Below, piece after piece: positions 30,907 to 44,500 of a stretch of 64,000 bases of DNA. The first letter of the stretch is position 1, and every line of letters starts with the position of its first letter. This DNA comes from Acanthaster planci (Eukaryota): NCBI RefSeq assembly GCF_001949145.1, contig NW_019091357.1:1120671-1184670 (forward strand), given 5' to 3'. The notes beneath the pieces were generated by a model. That model saw only the letters and a program-made list of their open reading frames with translations, had not been told where the DNA came from and searched no databases. A program made the position numbers and the translations under genes.

Positions 30907-32921
30907 ATGTCTTCTTTCGATCTCACGCAAGAGGTTTCTATCTCGTCCGCGAGATCATCGTACAGCGTCGAGACAGTGCGAGGTTTATGCGGCTCCCCAA
31001 ATCGAGGCTCGGCCTCGCCTTCGTCGTCCGGTTCGCCGGGGGACAAGGAATCAAGCTACGTGTTCTTTGACGCCTTGCTCCCAAGCAACATCTTGTCTAT
31101 ACTAAACGAGATGAGACTGGCAGGAGAATGCACGGACATTGTTCTTTGCGTCGGCTCCCGTGAATTTAGCTGTCACCGAGCCCTACTAGCTGCAGCAAGC
31201 CCGTACTTCAGGGCCATGTTCACGGGAGACTTGAGAGAAAGCTACGAGACCAGAATCGCCCTTCACGACGTTTGCCCCAAGATGGTCGGTCACTTGATCG
31301 AGTTCGCTTACAAATCCCGCATCATCATCACGGAGGAGAACGCAGAGGAATTGTACATCACTTCCAACTTCCTCCAGTTCGAGCAGGTGGCTAGATCCTG
31401 CGCCGAGTTCCTCCAACGAAACATCTGCGCCGGAAACTGCCTGAGCCTGGCGAGATTTGCTGAGACTTACCGATGCTTACCACTACAGAGAGACGCCGAG
31501 AGGTTCGTTCTGGAACATTTCGAGGAAGTATCGCTAGAAAGTGAATTCCTAGACCTGAGATTCGACCAATTGGTGGCGTACATCCGCCACGACGAGCTAG
31601 CTGTACGGTCTGAGAAGGTTGTGTATGACGCCGTCTCAAGGTGGATCAGATCTAACCTGGAGGAGCGCGCTCTCTTCCGTCCAGAGCTTCTGCGATCAAT
31701 CCGTCTTCCTTTCATCGAAGAGGACATCCTGAACGAGATATTGTCTGGAGGTGATGGAGGCCAGCTTCCCAAGTCCAGACACTGCGTTGAGGTCCTCAAA
31801 GAAGCCAAATGCTGCCAGTGGTTGATGAAGAGGGGCTACCGCGTGCTAGGCCCGGGAACCTCACCCAGGAGCCCCGGTCGAAGGTCGGAGATCATTGTGC
31901 TTGTTGGAGGCCACCAGAAAACTTCCGATGGTGAATACATCTACAGTGACGAGGTGTACTGCATGGATGCACACGACGCTGCCAAGTCTTCGTATCCCAC
32001 ATGGTACCCGCTCGCTCGAATGCCACACCACATGAAGAGAAAATACAGTGTTGCTGCATTAGGTAAGCGGACTTTTCTCGTATTTAACTTCTGCTGGAGG
32101 TTGAATTTTCTTCCTGGAAATGACCCGACATTTCTTGCAGAAATAACCTAGCTTTAAACGATTTTCTTTTTCCGGCTTTTATCGTCGATTCAGGTTCTGA
32201 TATTTATGTGACTGGTGGCTATGATACAGTGTGTGAACAGTCTTCTCGTCTCGTCTGGCGGTATTCTTTCTCTCGCAATCGATGGAAGCCGACAACTAGC
32301 CTCCTGGACGCACGTCACTCCCACGGCTCTGCCTCACTGAACGGTCGCCTCTACGTCGTCGGTGGTAAAACCTCCTTTCAAAATACCAGACTTGATTCTG
32401 TCGAGTGTTACAACCCTTTCACAGACGAATGGAAACAGGTTGCTCCGCTTCCAATCGCAGTCAGCGTTCCATCAGTGGTTGGCCATCATGGCAGACTGTA
32501 CGTGGTTGGCGGAGCTACACAGGATGAGTGCGCATGCTCACATATTCAATGTTACGATCCAATCACAGATGTTTGGTCGCTTCTGCCCAATTTAGAATTT
32601 TCCCGCAAGACGCTGCGGGTAGCGACGGCGCAAGACGGGCGGATGTTCGTCCTAGGCGGTCGGAAACCTCGCGAAGTGTCAGAAATTTCTCTAGAGACCA
32701 GCGAGGAGTGTCCTCACGAGCCGTCCAATGAGCAGCGGACTTTTCCTGGGGTCACCATAGCGGGCGACAGACTCTGGGTCTTCGGGGGGAAAATCGGCGA
32801 GGAGTCCCGTAGTTGCGCGGAATACTACGATCTGCAGACGAATACGTGGACTACATTGGTAGGGTTCATGCCAAAAACCCTCTATATGCACGGCTGTGTG
32901 ACCATAACAGATGATACTTAA
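30907..32921 (+). CDS. Kelch-like BTB-BACK-Kelch protein (CUL3 substrate-adaptor family, KLHL24-like), ~627 aa
   Basis: join(30907-32062,32194-32921), phase-1 intron AG|GTAAGC...TTCAG. BTB motif TDIVLCVGSREFSCHRALLAAASPYFRAMF, BACK domain (NCLSLARFAETY...EKVVYDAVSRW), six Kelch GG repeats (LVGG, VTGG, VVGG, VVGG, VLGG, VFGG). An acceptor at 30879 suggests a 5'UTR intron. Exact orthologue not assigned. Confidence 0.93.
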
Positions 32922-34299
32922 CTCCCACAAAACTGTCCTGTATCGGCTTCCTTAATTAATTTTGCCCTTCAGATCGATATCGTGAACAAAGTTGCGGAGT
33001 TTATGCCAAAAAAATGACCCAATAAGATAATCCTGCATTTACGGATGGACCTTAACTACCCTGACATGCATGATGTTTAATTGTAGCTAAATACTTAAAA
33101 ATCTTTAGCAGAAGGCTCATCTGTTTTAGCTCAACTAGTCAAACATTTCCAGGACTGCAGATCCGAACGTGTCATAATTAGGCCTACTGAGTATTAAACA
33201 CAATACACCATAGGTTTTTCTAAGCAAAAGTGTATCACTGTCAATTGAGCTTACAGCAAACTGGGTCAAAAAAGTTCTTAGGCTTATCATCATCAGCCGT
33301 GATAAATCGTAATTTACCCCCTCTATCAAACAATGCAGAGATAATGAATTGATTACGCATAATTTTGTATCAGTTTAATCCTTGCTTTATTTGTTCTAAG
33401 TGTTCTCTTTTTTTCGAAGATGGTTCCGTCACAAAGCTTCCTGAAGACATTTTGAGAGTTTTAATATTTATTAATAAATCAGTGTTCCATGCAATCACTG
33501 GCCTGATGAAACTTTAATATTCTTGTAAAGGGAATTAGGGAAATAAAAAGATATGGTTTAAGTGTGTATATTTTGGAAAGTGATGGACTGAAATTCTTAG
33601 ACCTTTTAAAGATGGTGTTTGATATTCATCTGCTTTGAAAATTTTGTCATTTTTATATTACATAGTTTAGAACTTTTATAAAAGTTGGGCATCATTCCAC
33701 AAACTAAGATTCTGATATCATCGCTTTAATAGTGCAGTTTATTATCGAGAAGATAATTAGTAATCGTATGGTACGTTAGATGTGTGTAAAGGGAAATTTT
33801 ATTTAATGGAGCGTAAAATTGGATGGGTATTTAATAAGTGTAATGGTTGTGGAAAATGTTCCTATCAGGTCAGAAGTAGCCATTTTTAAACATGATTGTT
33901 CGAAAATAGATGACGGACTAATAAATTTTACTGCAGAAATCTGTTTCCAGATGTTCTTTGTCTTACCAATTATATCTCCGAATTTCATCACCCCGTAATC
34001 CCTGTTTGATTTACTTGGTGAATCGTTCAACTGTCGGGCAAGCAGATTACCCCGCCTTCAATGTTTCAATTCTCCCCATGGGCAAACTGAATGTATCATT
34101 CTATTTAACGGTTCAAGAAATAAAAATGTATGCTCACCTTTTTACCCAGCGTTATGATTTTTTTTTTGTCTGAATTAAAAGTGATTCGCATGGTATCTCG
34201 TGTTGGGCCAAATACTGCCATTCGTTTTTACAGTGTATGATTTTTGGGCAGGTGAGGCTTGGGCTATAGACTGTCCTATGACAAAATCCGCCTCTTTCT

Positions 34300-34606
34300 C
34301 AAGTCCACCGTACGCGCTCCTTTCCTCTATAAAAATGTTGAAGAGCGACCTCTACCGACTTAATTAGAACCGGAAACGAATGCTGCGCTGGTAAGCGGCA
34401 TAGCACATTGGAAATGCTGTCCTGATTAATTAGATTATGGTGCAAGCGCTGGAAACCAACGAAAACATGTTCTGGCACGAAAAACAAGCTCAGAGAGGAG
34501 CGAGATTGACGAAATAAAACCCTGACATGACCAGACGTAACGTGACCACTACATGTACAAATACGTCGCCCTTTCTTTGGGAATTTTGCTCTCGCTTCTT
34601 TGTTTG
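34300..34606 (+). promoter_or_regulatory. Putative RTEL1 promoter / non-coding first exon
   Basis: CpG-containing patch with an ETS-like ACCGGAA, ending in a strong donor TTG|GTAAGT after 34606. Acceptors at ~35532/35536 precede the ATG at 35585. Confidence 0.5.
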
Positions 34607-35584
34607 GTAAGTATAACTTTGGTTGGGGTATTGGGCATTTGAGAATATTTAGCTGCAGATTTGTAATAAACTTTCTTGCCCGGAAAATAATGTTTGCGGT
34701 CTATCAAGTATCATATCATAGAGGAATAATTTCTCCATGATCATATCTATGCCTAAACTATACAGGCCACTGTACGGTCAATTTTGCTTTTGTTCGTAGT
34801 TTTAATCGTAGTTATCATTTCCATATGATTTGCGTTTGTGGTCGTGGGTGAACATACAATGTTTCGAAATTGGCCAAAATGACATTTGTTACAAACGTGA
34901 ACAATGAAATTTTAGTTTCGTCTGTTGGATCTAGAAATGAGATTCTCTAAGTTTCTATCAAGGAGCTTAACTAGCATGACTAGGGGGGAACTAAAAGCTT
35001 TCATTTCTTTTGCTAATGAGTGAGGGCACTGTTCATTTGGAACTCATTTTCTTAAATATTTTTGCACGCTCCAGCTCCTCTAAGGCTTTATTTAATTTCC
35101 AATTTTTTGAAATTTCACGTGAAGCCAGCATTCAACTCTTAAAATAAAGCACAAATAAGAACAAAGATTTTATGAAAATATGAATTTTAAGCTTTTCAGT
35201 CAAAAACCACACTCAGTTGTGTGAAAAAACAAAAATTAGTTTGCTCTGCACTACACAAGTAGGCCTAGGCTTACAAAAACGTTCCAAAAGATTTGAAAAT
35301 AACCCTAGTCCCTACTTCAAATAAATATTTGTTTGCTTTGCAGAGTCCGATGCAATCCAAACTTATATCAAATTGATTTTATGACATTTTCTCCAAGAAT
35401 GCTTCAAAAAGAAAGCAGAACAAAATAGTTGAAAAAACTGCAGGCCATTTGGTTTGTACATGTAAACATGATTGGTAGGCCATGTAGGCTAAAGGCTAGT
35501 CATCATCGTGGTATTTGTCATATTTCATCTAGACAGAAGTCATACATGTACATCTAGCAAGAAAAGCCTGCATCAAACAGAAGA

Positions 35585-38500
35585 ATGCCATTGATTAAGT
35601 GCAAAGGTGTCAACATTGAGTTCCCTTTTGAACCTTATGACTGCCAACAAGATTACATGAGCAAGGTTGTGGAGTGCCTGCAATCTGTAAGTTGGTCCTC
35701 CCATCTGTATGTATGTATGTATATTCCAGATCTAAGTTTTGTAGATTTTGTAGCGGATGAGATGGCAGAAGCATGAAGAAGTTAAAATAGGTTTGGATGA
35801 TTTTCCCAATATCTGAGTTTTTGCAGATAATCAGGGCAAAACATCGCTTTTTTGCAGACTAAGTATTGCGATGCCTTGCAACACAGAATTTCCATGAACA
35901 TTTTGAGAAAATACATTCTGCGAGGTTTTTCTGTTACATGTTGACGACGGTTGTTCCCTTTGTTTTGTTTCCGTTTGTTTTTTCCATTTTTCCCCCTTCC
36001 CTCAGGGCAAGAATGGCATTCTGGAGAGCCCCACTGGTACAGGCAAGACTCTCTGCCTCTTGTGCTCGGCGCTGGCCTGGCGTAACACCTACATCTCCCA
36101 GCAAGAGCTGGGCCGATGCCTGCAGGGGGACAGCGGGGACTGGCGAGCTGGGGACCAGGGTAGCTTCAGGCAGAAACTTGCTGCTGAGTTGAAGGAAGGT
36201 GCAGGTACCTGGGACGAAGGCCAACAAGGTGGGTGTAACAGATCACTTGGCCAACATTACCATATTTAGTCGCTTCATTGTAGAAGCTAACTTGTGAACC
36301 TAGTTTGTGATTCATCAGATCTGTATTATTTTAATTTGTGGCTTTTATTGCATTTCAGGCATGTTTGTGGATCGTCCCCGGATCATCTATGCTTCCAGAA
36401 CTCACTCCCAGCTATCACAGGCAGTAGACCAGTTGAAGGATACAGCTTACAGGTACAGACTTAAAAAACAACCATTTCGGCTCTACCATTCTGGCTATGG
36501 TCAGGCTTTAGCACATGCTGCTACTGAAACCTCCTGTTGGCCGTCAGCCACAGTCAAAACTCACAGGTCATGCTGGCTTGTTACGTCCTGTCCTGAAACC
36601 AGCCCAGCATTCCTGCTCTAACAGAGAACAGCAAGTTGGATTGGACAGTTTTCTTGATGTTGGCTTTACTGCACAGAAGAGAGGGTTAGATTGGATTTGC
36701 CTACTTTGACTTAAATTTTGAACCTCTGCTTACCTGTAACATAATCCAAGCAGATTGTAGAGCATTTGCCAATGAAATATCGACCAGTCAAACTTAGTGG
36801 CCATAACTCTATCCCTTGACCTCAAGTATCATAGGTCAGGTGAACCATGCAGGGATTAATGAGTGAAAGCTGTTGGTTGTTCATAGGTTAATGTCCCATG
36901 TTTCATTTGAACCTGTTCATCAACCAGGCCGCGAGTGGCTGTCATTGGCTCCAGAGAGCAGCTTTGTATCCACCCAGATGTACAGAAAGCAGAGAGCAAC
37001 TCAACAAAGGTACCATTGGCCCAGTGGCTGAGCGATTGAGGGCGCTACTACAGTGCTGTATGTTACACTGACAGCATATTTTCCTCAAAGTAAATGGAGC
37101 CATGTCGAAACCATTTAGTACCTGTCACAGTCAGCATTACTGAAGTAGTTGTAAGGTTATGAGCCGGAAGCTGACAAATGAAGTGTTGTTTTCTCTTTTG
37201 TGAACTTTTTATTACGCCGCACTCTAAATTGGTTTTACCGTTGGAATTTGAACTTGTTGGGTTGCTGTTTTATTTGGAGGTTTAGTTCAGCTTTTTTGCA
37301 GTATTTAGAGTCTTTTGCATAGTTAACAAAACAGAAAAAGAAAACCTCTCTAATGGAGTAAACATTGCCTGTTTACTTTCTTCTCAGGTTCACATGTGCA
37401 GGGCCAAAGTTGATAGTAGAACTTGCCACTTCTACAACAATTTGGACCGTGAGTAAATACGTCATTTTTTTATTTTACAATTTGTGGTCATCATTCTTGA
37501 AGCAGAGTTACATATTTCACGGAGAATTGTCCTGACTTTTGTTCTTCTAGAGAAAAAGGCCGATAAGGCGTTCACGGATAATATTTTGGACATCGAAGAT
37601 CTTGTCAAACTGGGAAATAAACACAAGTAAGTGAAAAGCAGTGGAGCATAATGATAGTAGAGACTCGTTCATGCAAGAAAAAATCTTTCACAAGAAATCC
37701 AAATCTTTGTTTTGACACCAACCTGATTTCCTGTGCCCATGTTTCATTTTGCTTTTTCTTAGAGTGTGTCCTTACTACATGGCCCGCGAGTTAAAGGCCA
37801 ACGCTGACATAATCTTCATGCCTTACAACTACCTTCTGGATTCCAAGTCTCGACGCATCCACGGCGTAGAGCTACAGGGGAATGTCGTCATCTTTGACGA
37901 GGCACACAACGTTGTAAGTGCCCCCCCCCCATTTTGTTCTAGCCTGAAGAATTTAATTGGCTAATAAGGTGTGGAGTAATTTTCCTTGTAACAAATAGCA
38001 GTTGAACAGCTTTTGTAACGAAGCAATGCCAAATGTAAAACACTGTCGTATCTTTGTACTGTACATTAGTAGCTACCGCCTCCTTCCAGATCAGGCCCTA
38101 CCCCCTATTGGTTCCCTTCTGCATCCCATGAGAACACATATCTCAACCCCTATCTCCCAAGGCACTTTGGTGACGAACCTTCTGGATATCTCGTAAGTCC
38201 TCGTAAGTGGTTGGACTCTACCTTCCTCAAACCCAGAAATTGCTTTCCAAACCCCTTGGTAGGTTTCAAAGATCTAGGAAAATAAGGGTCAACAACTGTT
38301 TCAATTTCCCTGAGCGGGAGGATTTACTGATAGACTTGTAAGTGGTCTACTTTATCAATCTGGCCTGCCCTCAACTGGCATTTTTTTCAAACAGGAGAAG
38401 ATGTGTGAGGAGAGTGCATCCTTTGACCTGACCTCATTTGACCTCGCTTCCTGTGTGGAGGAGACAGATCACCTACTCAAGAAGACCGTAGAGGTCGACA

Positions 38501-41500
38501 TGTGCAACCAGCAATTCAGGGCTGCTGACTCCGGCGGAGGTCAGACAGCTAAGATGCAATGTTACAAAATTCTTACAGCTCTGACTTGAACCTGTAGCTC
38601 TTGGGGAAAAAGTGTAAAAATCCATTTTCAAGACTTCAGGGTGGTTGGACCTCGTTTTACCTCCAAGTGAGCGTGGTCCTTTTCAGTTCATTTCAGGATT
38701 ACAAACGGGGACTTTTCCCTTTTTTAAAAATTTTATCCAGCTACCGTTTTGACCAGAATGGGTCCGGGTTGCTTATGATTCTGTTTCCAATCAAGCATAT
38801 ATCATTGTACCTTCTGTGCAGAGATACAGCAACTTACCACAAAATGGAAGCATTCTTCAAATTTTGCTCAATACCCGGGTACCCCAAAATTTTAATAATG
38901 TTTGTCCTTTTCATTTCAGAGGGGGAATTTGACACATCAGCGCTAGCAACTTTGAAGAGTAAGTGAATCCTTATTAACAGATCTAACTACTGTCATAGTG
39001 CCATTGTGTTTTGCTGTGACAGTGACAGTGACCGACTCTGTCATCTCTCTGTTTTCCCATCAGAGTTGTTTCTGGATCTTGAGAATGAAATAAACGGTAT
39101 GAACCCACCGGAGGCAGGCATCACCAAGCCCGGCAGGTAGGTGTATCAATCTATCCCATTCATCAAACCTTTCAAACCAATCCCAACCCTGTAATTTGCA
39201 GATCAATGCTGTCTATGTCTGGAGTGTATAATCTTTAATAGTTCACCACTGAGATTCTTTTTCCCGTCTGCAGCTTCATCTACGAGTTGTTTGCCAAGGT
39301 ACACATCACTTTTGAGACCAAGGTGGAGCTCCTACAACTCCTGGAGAAGATGGTCTCGCATCTCACCACGAGTCAGTACCTAAGTTGTCCATTTTTTTTT
39401 CATTAGAATGTCATCAAAATTGTTATCTTTCGTCAAGACTACCCCAAAGATCGCCAGCTTTGGCAATAGTTTGTGTAGTGAAGTATGAACTTTGACATCA
39501 ATTTTTTCAAATCATTAACCCTTCAGCGAATAAAACATGCGGGTCAGATCTAATTTCTGAAAGACAATTTTTCAGTTGCAATCAGTTTTCAACCTTATGC
39601 CAGGAGGGATATATTTTATCCTATATTTTATGTCCTTCCAGTTTTCAAACAGTCACTGGTAGTCTGTAATTTTTTTCTCATTTCAATTTTATGAAACCGA
39701 TGCTGTTGTTAGAGTCTACTTCCTAGATGTCAGGGTAAACAATTCTTTGATCGTTACAGGTTCCACGATATTCCACAACAAAGCAGCTGGCTTACAGAAA
39801 TTCTGTGACATCATTAATGTGAGTGCACCTAAGATGCAGTAGATCGTTTCTTATAATAGAAGTAATCATTTACCATTTATTCACACTATTCCCCCCTCCA
39901 AAATATTCACATAACGCCATGTAGTTCAATTAATCATATGCTACTGGGGAGCCCGGTTTCGGGCACCTAGGCTTTATACACGAAACCGGGGAGCCCGAAA
40001 CCGGACAAAAGAGGTATTATGCCTTATAACAAAAGACCGTACTTGGAACAAAAGACCAAGCTGCTGGGAATTGCCAACATTTTTCAGTTGTCAATAGAGG
40101 AGGAAATCTGTCATTGTTTTGAAAGATTATACCACTGTTGCGTTAAGCATGAGCGGATTACCACCGGGGACAAAAGCGCTCCAGCGTTCCAGTGATGAGT
40201 GATGCAGTCTCACTGCAAGCTGCGCACTGTGCCAGTTTCAGGAACAAAAGAAACTTATGTAACACCGCACAATCTGGGCTCTTTTTACCAGGCGGCAGGC
40301 CTGGCTGAACTACTCGGGCATCAATAGATGTTGTCTGTCAGACTAGAGTAGCCACCAGAGAGCCATTCATGTGGGTGTAAGCGTCCAGTAAATGAAGTTA
40401 TGATTTTTTAAAGAATTTTGAAAACAGAAAATCTTGAAAATCAGTTTTACGTCATGCAACTTCGAATTCCACCCGGCAGCAAGTGGTTATGCAAAGACGT
40501 TATCAAGAAATGCCTCCGTGCTGAGCAAACCTGTAGATGCATTGCAAGTATTCCGCAACCTCTTTTTTTAAATACTTTTTCCAACAGATTGTCTTCAACA
40601 GAGACACTCCTTCAGGGACGGTCTCAGAAGCTAGCAGGTGCTACAAGGTATGTGTAGCAATCCACATTCAAAAATGGAAATTGAATCAAGTCGTAGTTAT
40701 TTAAATCAGGGGATCTGAAATGTGGCGTTGCTTTCCCAGCTGTTTTCTGCGCCGCTTTAATTTCAGTTGAAGTTAAAGAAAAAGAAAAAAAGGAATGAAC
40801 CAGGACAAAAACGGGCACCCTTTGAAGTGATGTCATCTCTCCAAACAAAGAGATTAAAACAATGGGAATAGCTAACTAGGGCAGGATGGCTCAGTTGGTA
40901 GAGCATCAGTTCATTATTGTAAGCAGTCACAAGTTCGAATCCCACCGCAGTCAGTAAGCATCATTAGCTCAGATTTCTCTCTGTGTCTCAGGTCCACATC
41001 CGAGCCTCCGCACCTCAGAAGAAGGCCGGCCGTACAGATCTGTGGACCAGCAGCAATGCAGCGAAAGCCAAGAAGCAAGGTAGAGATTTTGTTCTCCGTC
41101 TTTCTGGATGGAAGTCCCCTTGCAGTGGTAGAATCTTCAATAGTGTACATTGCATTGGACAGTGTACCAACCTACCATAAATTTGTCAGAGCCAACCCAC
41201 TTTCCCGATGATTCTCTCATGTACAAGCTTCCCACAGCTCCATCTCTAGTCATCTCCTCCAATTCTCTTAGCGCTGAATTATCTCTCTCCATCTAACCCA
41301 CTTTCCCCCAGGCTATACCTTGAGCTACTGGTGTTTCAGTCCTGGATTCAGCATGAAGGATCTGGTGTCTCAGGGAGTCCGTAGCATCATCTTGACAAGT
41401 GGGACGTTATCCCCTCTGAACTCCTTCAAGTCGGAGCTCCAAATGTGAGTCGAGTCTCTCATTTCAAATTGATTTTCCTCTTCCTGGATTCTTTATCAAA

Positions 41501-44500
41501 AAGATTAAGCTTTGGGAAATGAAGATTTTGTCTTGACTTAACTGACAGATTTTTATGCAACATCCAATCCAGTGATTTCCCCATTCAGCTGGAGAACCCT
41601 CATGTGATCTCTAAACACCAGATGACGGTGGCTGTCATGACCAAAGGGCCCGACGGCACGGTCCTCAACTCCTCTTACAACACACGCTTCAACCGAGACT
41701 ATGTCATGTCACTGGGCAACGCCATCGGTGAGGAACAGAAATACTTGGTCTCTGCAGTCATAGATAGTCTTTGGTAGAGCTGTTGTCAAGGTACCACAAA
41801 GGATCCCAAGCCTATCACTTGTGTTCTGAGTAATTATTAACTGGTACTAAGGCATTGGGTTTACATCATGTCATGTTATGAGTTGAGGTTATCAGGATGG
41901 TGCTACTGACTAAGTTAGCCTTGCGCCCTCTGTGGCCCAGGTTCGAATCCCACTTACGCTGGCAAGTAGAATCGATGTCCATTCCATTACAATCCTTGAG
42001 CTTAGAGATGACTTACCATTCTTTCTGCCATTCTGTTCACAGTGAACTTTTCACGTCTGGTACCCAATGGTCTTCTGGTATTTTTCCCATCATATCCCGT
42101 GATGAACCATGCTCTTGAACAATGGCAGGTGAGAGGTTCTTTTAAACTGGAAGTAAACACAATGAAGATTTTTCTTTCTGGTTGTTTATTCAGCGATTCT
42201 CAGTTTTTTAGTCCGTCTAAAATCATTTTTGAGACATTTGTGATAATTTTTTGGACAATTGAGATCATTTCAATACTTCTTTTTTCTTTTTTTTTCATAG
42301 GAAGCAGGTATAAAGCAACGTATCACTCAGTACAAGGAAGTCTTTGTAGAACCCAAGGGCAAGGTCATTTTTATAGAGGTGCGTCAATACTGCAGATTTT
42401 CCCCCCATCCACTCTACCCTTCATCACTCCGAAAAAATTCATGTTCTATCAAGATTGCCATTTCCGTTTGTGCGGTGTTTGCATTTGGTCAGCTCTTCAC
42501 CGTTACCAAGGCAGACCAAACATTGAATATTTCCTGGCTAGTGAGGAGGTACGGTGTTTGTTCTCTCTCTTCGAGGACAGATCCTCACTTGTTAAAAAAA
42601 GCAATCCAGGCTTGTGGATATTGAATCTGATTGTTCTGTTTCAAAATACCATCAACAGACAGACCTAATTGATCAATACTTCAATCACAAGGATAACTTG
42701 CCCTGTGCTGACAGTCCAGTGCTCTCAGCCTAAAGTTGGATTGATGTGCTTGATGTTTGGTTTTTTCCCAGACGATTGAGTCCTTCTACGAGAAGATCAA
42801 CGACCCCAAGCTAAATGGTGCTTGTTTCTTTGCCGTTTGCAGAGGGAAGGTAAGTCCAGGAACTGGGTGCTTCAAATTTGGAACTTGAAAGATAAATGCT
42901 GTGCTATGAGGCAACTCCAATGAAAAGAGCCTTCAAAGACAGTTTGAAAATGAGGTATTGGGATGAGATTAGTTGTCGCTGTTGTGTTTGGCGAGCCATC
43001 CTCAAGTAGAAAGAATTGTTCATCATTTTCTGTTATTTTTTACATTGTTTCTTCACATTGTAAGCCCCTTTTCTTTCTGATCTCTGCCAATCATCTTCAA
43101 CCTACTGCTCCTCGTCATCCGTTTCTCCAATATTCAGGTATCTGAGGGTTTAGATTTTGCTGATATCAACGGCAGAGCTGTGGTCATCACAGGGCTCCCC
43201 TTCCCACCCAGAATGGACCCTCGTGTCGTCCTGAAGATGCAGTATCTGGATGAGACAAAGCGAAGAAATCCTGGCGTAAGATCGTAACGCTAGTCTTTCC
43301 TGTTGTCAAATGAAATATCCCGATTTTCCTCTCAGGCTATTATCTTAAGACCATTTGATGTACTTGGCATGTTCACTGGAGTTAATGCAACCGTAGCTCT
43401 AACCCCGGGGTTTATTATACATCACATAGAATCATTGAGACTGCAGTACCTACTGCTACATCCGACATGCTGACCAGCTGACCCCAGCAAGCTCGGTGGT
43501 CAAGTGGTTAAGACACCTGCACTAGTAAGCAGGAGGCCGTGGGTTCAAGTCCCACCCAAGTAAGCTTGTGAATTTTTCACAAGCTCCGGGACAACTCTGA
43601 GAATTATGCATCCGTGTGAAGGCAAATTCCACGTTAAAAATTTACACAGTAACATGTTCGGTTTTTCATGATTTAGGGTTCATAAACAGATTGGTTATCA
43701 TGGTCCAGGGGGCAGGTAATCATGAAAAGTCAATCTTGAAAAGCCAATATTTTGATAATTTCCAACCCCACAGAACCACAGTTACAACCAAAATATGGTC
43801 CAAAAGTAGGGCATTATGTCATTTTAAATGGGCTGTTTTGAGGCCAAAAAGTTTAATTCTTTTCTTTTGAGCATAGTCTCTAAGTGGGCAGGAGTGGTAC
43901 CGTCAGCAAGCATCCCGAGCCGTCAATCAAGCCATTGGCAGGGTCATACGACACAAGGAAGACTTTGGTGCTATATTACTCTGTGATACAAGGTGACTAG
44001 TTCAGTGTTCATTTTCCCCTATGATGGTGGTTCAAATGTCATGCTCTCTTCTGTGATTTCATCAAGAGATGTGGTAATGGTTGATCACGGTGTAAACAAT
44101 ATTTGACGATCAGGTTCTCTAACTGGGATGCACGGAACCAGCTGCCCTCATGGGTCCGTCCCTACGTCAACATCTACGACCAGTTTGGGAAAGGTGTGAG
44201 GGATCTGACGAATTTCTTCAAGGAGACAGAGAGAACGGTAAATTATCTTCTCAGGCTCAACCTTTTGATTCATTTGAGTAAACTGATTTTGGTAATCCAG
44301 CTAAAGCAATGGCTGTTCTCCAATGTGGGAAATCTTCAATCCTAGATGCCTAAACCTCAACCCAAGCAAGTCCGATCTTCAGTCCCAGTTCGGATCGACC
44401 AAGACCAGTGCCAGCAGCAAGCTCTTCCAACAACATCATTATCATCAGCCGGACCAGTCATTAAAGCCAAGCATGTCGACACCCATGTCCCAAGTCTGAA

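Noticed and set aside
42042..42668. 208-aa ORF with a hydrophobic stretch
   Set aside because: An RTEL1 exon reading on into T-rich intron sequence, with a proper donor at 42128.
40879..43560. Functional tRNA genes in RTEL1 introns
   Set aside because: A and B boxes are present, but the stems do not form a convincing cloverleaf and there is no clear Pol III terminator, so they were treated as SINEs.
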